From Candidatus Zixiibacteriota bacterium (GTDB lineage Bacteria; Zixibacteria; MSB-5A5; UM-FILTER-46-8): a stretch of DNA of 64,000 nt. Every line of letters begins with the position of its first letter. Positions within the stretch are counted from its first letter, which is position 1. The stretch is from the NCBI GenBank assembly GCA_014730175.1, contig WJIR01000026.1, positions 1,027 through 65,026 on the forward strand. Direction: 5' to 3'. Of the stretch, positions 59,171 through 64,000 are shown piece by piece. The notes beneath the pieces are model-generated. The model made no database searches. It was given only the letters and a program-made list of their open reading frames with translations, and was not told the DNA's origin. The position numbers and the translations under genes are program-made.

Positions 59171-59332
59171 TAGCCCGTATAATTCATAAAAGCCAGCAAA
59201 CCGTAGCCGAAGGCTTGTCCTTCGGGGATTTTACAACAATAACAATTTACGGTCTGGAATTCGGGGGCGAGAAAAGAGCCGGAAGCGCAAGGCTTCCGCT
59301 ACCGATTAGGGACTTTATGGATAATCCGGGCT
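59171..59332 (+). repeat. Intergenic structured repeat, copy B (about 88% identical to 8501-8656)
   Basis: Direct alignment to copy A. Hairpins are CCGAAGG-cttgt-CCTTCGG and CGGAAGC-gcaag-GCTTCCG. The copy abuts the stop of the minus-strand permease gene. Confidence 0.65.
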
Positions 59333-60938
59333 AACCGATCAAATCTCTTTCCTTCAAGAAATCACGGGCAACTTCCGAGGGTTGCCGTTTTTCTTCGTCT
59401 ACTTCGTAGTTCAGCTCCTGCATGGTTTTATCATTAAGGATTCCGGCTAAAACCTTTAGAGCCGTTTCCAACTCGGGGTACGTTTCGAGAACTTCGCTGC
59501 GGACAACCGGCGCCGCATAGTATGCAGGGAAGAAATTACTATCATCCTCCAACGGCTGTAAATTGTAGGCGGCTATCCTGCCATCAGTAGCAAAGGCGCA
59601 AATTACATCCACCTCCCCGTTGGAGACCGCCTGGTACATAATGGAAGGATCCAAATCAATAACCTGAGCAAATTCCAAGCCGTATTCTTTACGTAGCCCG
59701 GGGAAACCATCGGGACGCTCTACGAATTCCGCCGTAAAACCGGCTGTAAGCTCATCTGCTATCGGAGCCAGATCAGATATACCGGTTAAATCATACCGCT
59801 TTGCATCCTCTTTCCGAACCGTAATCGCGTACGTGTTGTTGAATCCGAAAGGGGGCAGCCACCGGGCATCAAACCGTTCCCTGTAGCTTTGCTTTATCAG
59901 TTCTAACACCTCGCCCGATTCCGGAATTACATCTTTGTTCAGTATAGCGGTCAAGGCGGTGCCGGTATATTCTGCATACAGGTCGATTGCATTACTTACC
60001 AGCGCGCCATGACATATCATAGTCCCTCCCAGGTTGAATTTCTTATTCACCCTGATATTAGTACGGTCTTCCACTATCTGAGTCATCAATTCGCCCAGTA
60101 TAAACTGCTCGGTAAAATTTTTAGTCGCGATAGTAACGCTGCCGCTCACCGATGAATCGCTATCGGATGTAAAAGCCGATGACAACGGTAAATCTCTCTG
60201 GGAATAATAGGCAGCCAGGCCCGCAATTACAATAAACAAAGGCGCTAATATCGCCAGGATACGGATAACACGCTTGGAAATCTTCCCGGATGCATCCCCC
60301 TTTTTCTTGTATTCAATCCCCCATTGACTGGTCGCGATAGCTGCATCTACCAGAAGGGCGAGTATGGCAGCGGGAATCGCTCCCAATAGGATCAGGTTTG
60401 TGTTTGATAATGCAAGTCCCCTGTTAATAAATTGCCCCAACCCACCGGCGCCGATAAACGCCGATAGAGTAGCGATACCGACGCCAACAACCGCCGCTGT
60501 TCTTATACCGGCCACTATAACCGGCAGAGCCAAAGGGACTTCAACGATACTAAGCCGCTGTCTCGGTGTCATCCCGATCCCCCTTGCCGCTTCCAGCACC
60601 GACGGCGATACCCCTTCGATACCTGCGAGAGTGTTACGAACGATCGGCAAAAGGGCATACATCACCAGCGCGATTATGGCAGGAACCGTGCCTATTTTCT
60701 CCAGTAGTGCCAAAAGAATCGCCAGCATCGCCAAACTCGGTATCGTTTGCAATATTCCAACCGCTCCCGTTAATGTCCCGCGAAGCCATCTTATTCTAAC
60801 TGCGAGAATACCGAGAGGAATACCGAGGCTTATCGCAATACCGGTGGATATGCCGGTCAGGATTACATGCTCTCCGGTTCTTAGCAATAGTTCCGAGAGG
60901 CGACTTCCGACCACGTCGCTTATGAAGCCGCCGAACAT
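59331..60938 (-). CDS. Osmoprotectant (glycine betaine/choline/carnitine-type) ABC transporter, permease fused to substrate-binding domain (OpuCB-OpuCC-like)
   Basis: N-terminal BPD permease with EAA loop (EAARGIGMTPRQRL), a C-terminal OpuAC-family binding domain, and overlap with the ATPase gene. Confidence 0.8.
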   Translation of the reverse strand: MFGGFISDVVGSRLSELLLRTGEHVILTGISTGIAISLGIPLGILAVRIRWLRGTLTGAVGILQTIPSLAMLAILLALLEKIGTVPAIIALVMYALLPIVRNTLAGIEGVSPSVLEAARGIGMTPRQRLSIVEVPLALPVIVAGIRTAAVVGVGIATLSAFIGAGGLGQFINRGLALSNTNLILLGAIPAAILALLVDAAIATSQWGIEYKKKGDASGKISKRVIRILAILAPLFIVIAGLAAYYSQRDLPLSSAFTSDSDSSVSGSVTIATKNFTEQFILGELMTQIVEDRTNIRVNKKFNLGGTMICHGALVSNAIDLYAEYTGTALTAILNKDVIPESGEVLELIKQSYRERFDARWLPPFGFNNTYAITVRKEDAKRYDLTGISDLAPIADELTAGFTAEFVERPDGFPGLRKEYGLEFAQVIDLDPSIMYQAVSNGEVDVICAFATDGRIAAYNLQPLEDDSNFFPAYYAAPVVRSEVLETYPELETALKVLAGILNDKTMQELNYEVDEEKRQPSEVARDFLKERDLIG

Positions 60939-61696
60939 CAGGTGATATCTCCGTATAGCCGAAGCTGTTTGGCGGGTTTTTCGAAAAGTTCACGAACGAA
61001 ATCTGTACCCGGCGTATTTACTATCTCTTCAGCAGTGCCAACCTGCTCCAGGTTGCCATCATGCAGGACTGCGATCCTGTCCCCCAGCGTGAGCGCTTCA
61101 AAAATATCATGCGTGACGAAGACGATGGTTTTGCTCAGTTTCTCCTTCAGGGAAAGAAGCTCTTGCTGTAATGTGTCCCTGGTCAATGCATCCAGCGCTC
61201 CAAAAGGTTCATCCATCAGCAGATATGAAGGATCAGCGGCCAAGGCTCTCCCAACGCCAACTCTCTGCTGCTGTCCGCCGGAAAGGGCCTCGGGGTAACG
61301 GTTTGCATAAGTAGATGGATCAAGGCCGATTATTTCCAGGAGCTCATGCGCTTTTTCGCGTCTTTCCTTTTTACTCCAGCCGAGGAGACGCAGAACCATA
61401 GCTACGTTTTCTTCGATGGTAACATGCGGAAAAAGCCCGATCCCCTGAAACACATATCCGATCTTACGCCTTAGCGAGATCGGGTCTTGAGTGGATACAT
61501 CTTCGCCGTCGACCTCGATACTTCCCGAAGAGAGCTCCAGCAATCGGTTAGCCAGCTTCAATACGGTAGTTTTGCCGGAACCGGAAGAACCAAGCAGCAC
61601 CATTGTCTCCCCTTCGTGCACTTCGAAGGATACGTCTTTAACCGCATAGTTCTCCCCTCCATCGAATGACTTATAAACACTATCAAAGACAATCAT
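60938..61696 (-). CDS. Osmoprotectant ABC transporter ATP-binding protein (OpuCA-like)
   Basis: Walker A GSSGSGKTT, signature LSGGQQQRVGVGRAL and Walker B LLMDEPFGALD. Confidence 0.85.
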   Translation of the reverse strand: MIVFDSVYKSFDGGENYAVKDVSFEVHEGETMVLLGSSGSGKTTVLKLANRLLELSSGSIEVDGEDVSTQDPISLRRKIGYVFQGIGLFPHVTIEENVAMVLRLLGWSKKERREKAHELLEIIGLDPSTYANRYPEALSGGQQQRVGVGRALAADPSYLLMDEPFGALDALTRDTLQQELLSLKEKLSKTIVFVTHDIFEALTLGDRIAVLHDGNLEQVGTAEEIVNTPGTDFVRELFEKPAKQLRLYGDIT

Positions 61697-61715
61697 TTGC
61701 TGCGAATCAAGTGAA

Positions 61716-62633
61716 TCACCGCGGAACTGGCTGAGCGATTTTCTGTGGCGGGAATTGTTCCCTGACCGAGCGCATCTCGTTAATCAGAATATCTATTTGT
61801 TCGGCCGGCGCCGCAACATATAGATCAGCATAATGAGTACCTGCTTCTTCGAATTCGGAAGCGTCAAGTCCCTTCTCGCGCAAGATTTCTAACACCTTAA
61901 CTCTCTCAACCTCGTCAACAAAGTCCCTTTGGGGAAGCCTGATACCTTCAACTCGCTGGAAATCGAATCCGAATCGCTTGAAACAATCAATAATCGGTTC
62001 CGAATCGAATATGCGGAGAATCGTAATAACAGCCAATGGTCCAAAATCGGAGGGATGATCCTTACCAAAATATGGGAGAATCTTGTTAAGTGTCTTTTCG
62101 GTTACGTAACCGATAGCGCCGGTACTGACCAATAGATTACAGCTACGTATCCAGCCTTGTTCGTCCTCGGTCGGCATGACCTCCGGATTCTCAAAATCCC
62201 TTGCAATACCGCCGTCAAGCAGGCCTGAGCCCAAAGCGAATTTAATCGCCGGTCCGGAATTATCCAAACCTACGCTCCGAATATTACAAATCGGTGAAGT
62301 AACATTCAACCACATTCGGGTAACCTCACAACAGGATGCGTAATCCTCCGGCGCGCGGGACGCAAAAAACCCGATGATCTCCTCGAATGAACAACCGTAC
62401 CTGACGAAAGCGGAGCCGATCCCATAGGAACAGCCTACATCCAGCATCTGCACCGGCCAGATTTCCCCGTTATTTTTCCTTAGTAACTCTGCCGCCGCAA
62501 TGCAGTACGGACGCGCTTGTTCGCCGATCTGATAATTATGTCGTGCCATTTTGGCAATATATGCATGTGGTGTTGGCGCAGTATAAACATCGTTGAAATT
62601 GGCTTTTGCTTCATTTTCGTGTGAATAACCCAA
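61716..62633 (-). CDS. Putative class I SAM-dependent methyltransferase-like protein
   Basis: Degenerate motif I (MLDVGCSYGIG) and an acidic post-I motif (VGLDNS). The call is weak. Confidence 0.4.
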   Translation of the reverse strand: MGYSHENEAKANFNDVYTAPTPHAYIAKMARHNYQIGEQARPYCIAAAELLRKNNGEIWPVQMLDVGCSYGIGSAFVRYGCSFEEIIGFFASRAPEDYASCCEVTRMWLNVTSPICNIRSVGLDNSGPAIKFALGSGLLDGGIARDFENPEVMPTEDEQGWIRSCNLLVSTGAIGYVTEKTLNKILPYFGKDHPSDFGPLAVITILRIFDSEPIIDCFKRFGFDFQRVEGIRLPQRDFVDEVERVKVLEILREKGLDASEFEEAGTHYADLYVAAPAEQIDILINEMRSVREQFPPQKIAQPVPR

Positions 62634-62756
62634 TTTCCCTTCCTTTCCTCATTTTACATGTTACGGTTTTTCAATTCATGTTAACCGTTTTTTTAAATCT
62701 ATTTATAAAACTACTATATTATTAACTGGTTCCCGAACATAATCGCCCAATTCCTA

Positions 62757-63356
62757 TTAATCGGTTATAGTCCTAAGGCTCTTATACTTATCACGGTTTT
62801 CGACTTCCATCATTTTTACGATGTATTCCAGTGACTCGGCAATAGTCGATTTTTCAACCTCCGATAACCTCTCGAGCGCCGCGTTGAGTGCTTGTTGCAG
62901 GGGAGGCGGAGCTTTGCAAATAAATTGCCTGCCAAGTTCAGTCAATGAAATCTGTACAAGTCTTCGATCCTTTATACTCCGATGCCTCACAATCTGCCCT
63001 TTGGCTTCAAGCCGATCCAGAACGCCAACCAACGTGCTGGGACTTATATGGATTTCCCGTGCAACCGCTCCAACGCTTGCTGGTTCCAGTCGTTGTATGG
63101 CGATAAGCGTTGCCAACTGCGGCGACGTAACCTCATATTCGTTTTTAAGTCGACGCGAATAGACATCCGCTGCCCGCGTAATTCGACGAATCGCATCTAT
63201 TATCCTCAGATAATAATCATCTCCGCAATAGTTGACGGATAACTCCGAACCAGCCACATCCGCGGATTGACAACAGGTTGATTGGGTATCATCCAACGGA
63301 GTATTGCCGCATTTTTTTTCGTTAGGATGTAGGTTCTTATTATGATTCCTCATCAT
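62757..63356 (-). CDS. MarR-family transcriptional regulator
   Basis: Winged-helix MarR pattern (LTSPQLATLIAI...VGAVAREIHISPSTLVGVLDRLEAKG...DRR) with an unusual N-terminal extension of about 55 aa. Confidence 0.8.
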   Translation of the reverse strand: MMRNHNKNLHPNEKKCGNTPLDDTQSTCCQSADVAGSELSVNYCGDDYYLRIIDAIRRITRAADVYSRRLKNEYEVTSPQLATLIAIQRLEPASVGAVAREIHISPSTLVGVLDRLEAKGQIVRHRSIKDRRLVQISLTELGRQFICKAPPPLQQALNAALERLSEVEKSTIAESLEYIVKMMEVENRDKYKSLRTITD

Positions 63357-63615
63357 TTAAATGATCCAAGCACTCAGTTTAATAAAATGATTATAACAGA
63401 AATGATTAGTATACGAAATATAACAATCGCAGCCTATTGATGTCAAGCTTTATCTTGAATTTCTTGTCAGACAGAGGAATTCGTACATTCCGTACTATAT
63501 TACGCCCCCGCTAGCATTAATTTAGAAGGGAAAAAGACATTCTCTCCAATAAAGCCGCTCATTACACTGCCGATACTATTGTGAAAAAGAACCTCACGTT
63601 CAAAGATAACTCTAT

Positions 63616-64000
63616 ATGAAACTAATATCTCTTGAATTCGGAAAGTTTCCCCAGATATCAAACTTACACAGTCGTTTTGCAAAGGATAGCGACTATTTGA
63701 AGTTCACAGTAGACCTGGAAACCACTGATAACTTGAGGATGGACCAGATGGGTCATGTGCTGGAGAGTATTAGAAAAGTTTTTCCCAAGTTCGACGAGCA
63801 TAAATGCTGCGCTGACGAATGGAGCGGTTATACTACAACTCATAGCCACGGCGACAATATCGACCTGGGCAATGCAGCGGATGACACGCCTCATCTTTTG
63901 GAACACATGATATTAGAAACAATCGGGACTATTGGTAATCTTAAGAGTATCAGCGGGATAACATGTGGATTTTACGATCCCCCACATCGTTATGATGTTT
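63616..64000 (+). CDS. Hypothetical protein, N-terminal fragment running off the window (weak resemblance to the cyanophycin-synthetase N-domain)
   Basis: Open frame from the ATG at 63616 to the window end (128 codons). HLLEHMILE resembles the HIVEHVALE region of the CphA N-domain, but weakly. Confidence 0.3.
   Translation, partial: MKLISLEFGKFPQISNLHSRFAKDSDYLKFTVDLETTDNLRMDQMGHVLESIRKVFPKFDEHKCCADEWSGYTTTHSHGDNIDLGNAADDTPHLLEHMILETIGTIGNLKSISGITCGFYDPPHRYDV

Noticed and set aside
63500-63906. Two short minus-strand ORFs near the window end
   Set aside because: They overlap each other and the better-supported plus-strand partial ORF starting at 63616.
1-64000. CRISPR arrays, tRNA/rRNA genes, transposases, integrases
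   Set aside because: No regularly spaced short direct repeats, no cloverleaf-compatible tRNA-like segments and no DDE or tyrosine recombinase ORFs were seen in this window.

Overview
This 64-kb window looks like the chromosome of an uncultivated FCB-group bacterium that uses a type IX secretion system (T9SS). I saw no rRNA, tRNA, CRISPR array, transposase or integrase.

Ordinary genes. Housekeeping content includes a partial Na+/solute symporter, queF-yhhQ for queuosine, thyX-nrdJ behind a near-consensus sigma70 promoter, and a long minus-strand array der-plsY-gpsA-xseB-nadK-recN-pgsA plus a CHASE2 adenylate cyclase. There are also M29, M23 and M16 peptidases, a Ski2/Hel308-like helicase, and a glycine-betaine-type ABC importer with a MarR regulator.

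Candidate new system (42884-46614). A tightly coupled five-gene operon looks like a methionine synthase assembled from separate modules. It encodes a non-pyrrolysine MttB-family methyltransferase, a MetH reactivation-domain protein, a DxHxxG corrinoid protein and a zinc-type homocysteine S-methyltransferase domain, followed by a MEMO1-like protein. It has no folate-binding module. I read it as a putative quaternary-amine (betaine-type) to homocysteine methyltransferase.

Secretome island (13.6-28.6 kb). It holds four paralogous T9SS cargo proteins that share an unannotated Cys-rich domain of about 110 aa placed just before their T9SS C-terminal sorting domain (CTD). Among them is an S8 protease. 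A beta-propeller cargo protein, a thermonuclease lipoprotein and a polysaccharide deacetylase lie in the same island.

Repeat family. A modular, hairpin-rich intergenic repeat of about 150 bp occurs at least six times in both orientations: 8.5, 12.2, 28.7, 54.2, 55.0 and 59.2 kb. Two copies are about 88% identical.

Smaller observations include a decayed phosphoribosyltransferase pseudogene, a pseudo-receiver domain, and a GAF protein with a histidine-kinase dimerisation (DHp) domain but no catalytic domain. Several near-consensus promoters, operator-like palindromes and intrinsic terminators were also noted.
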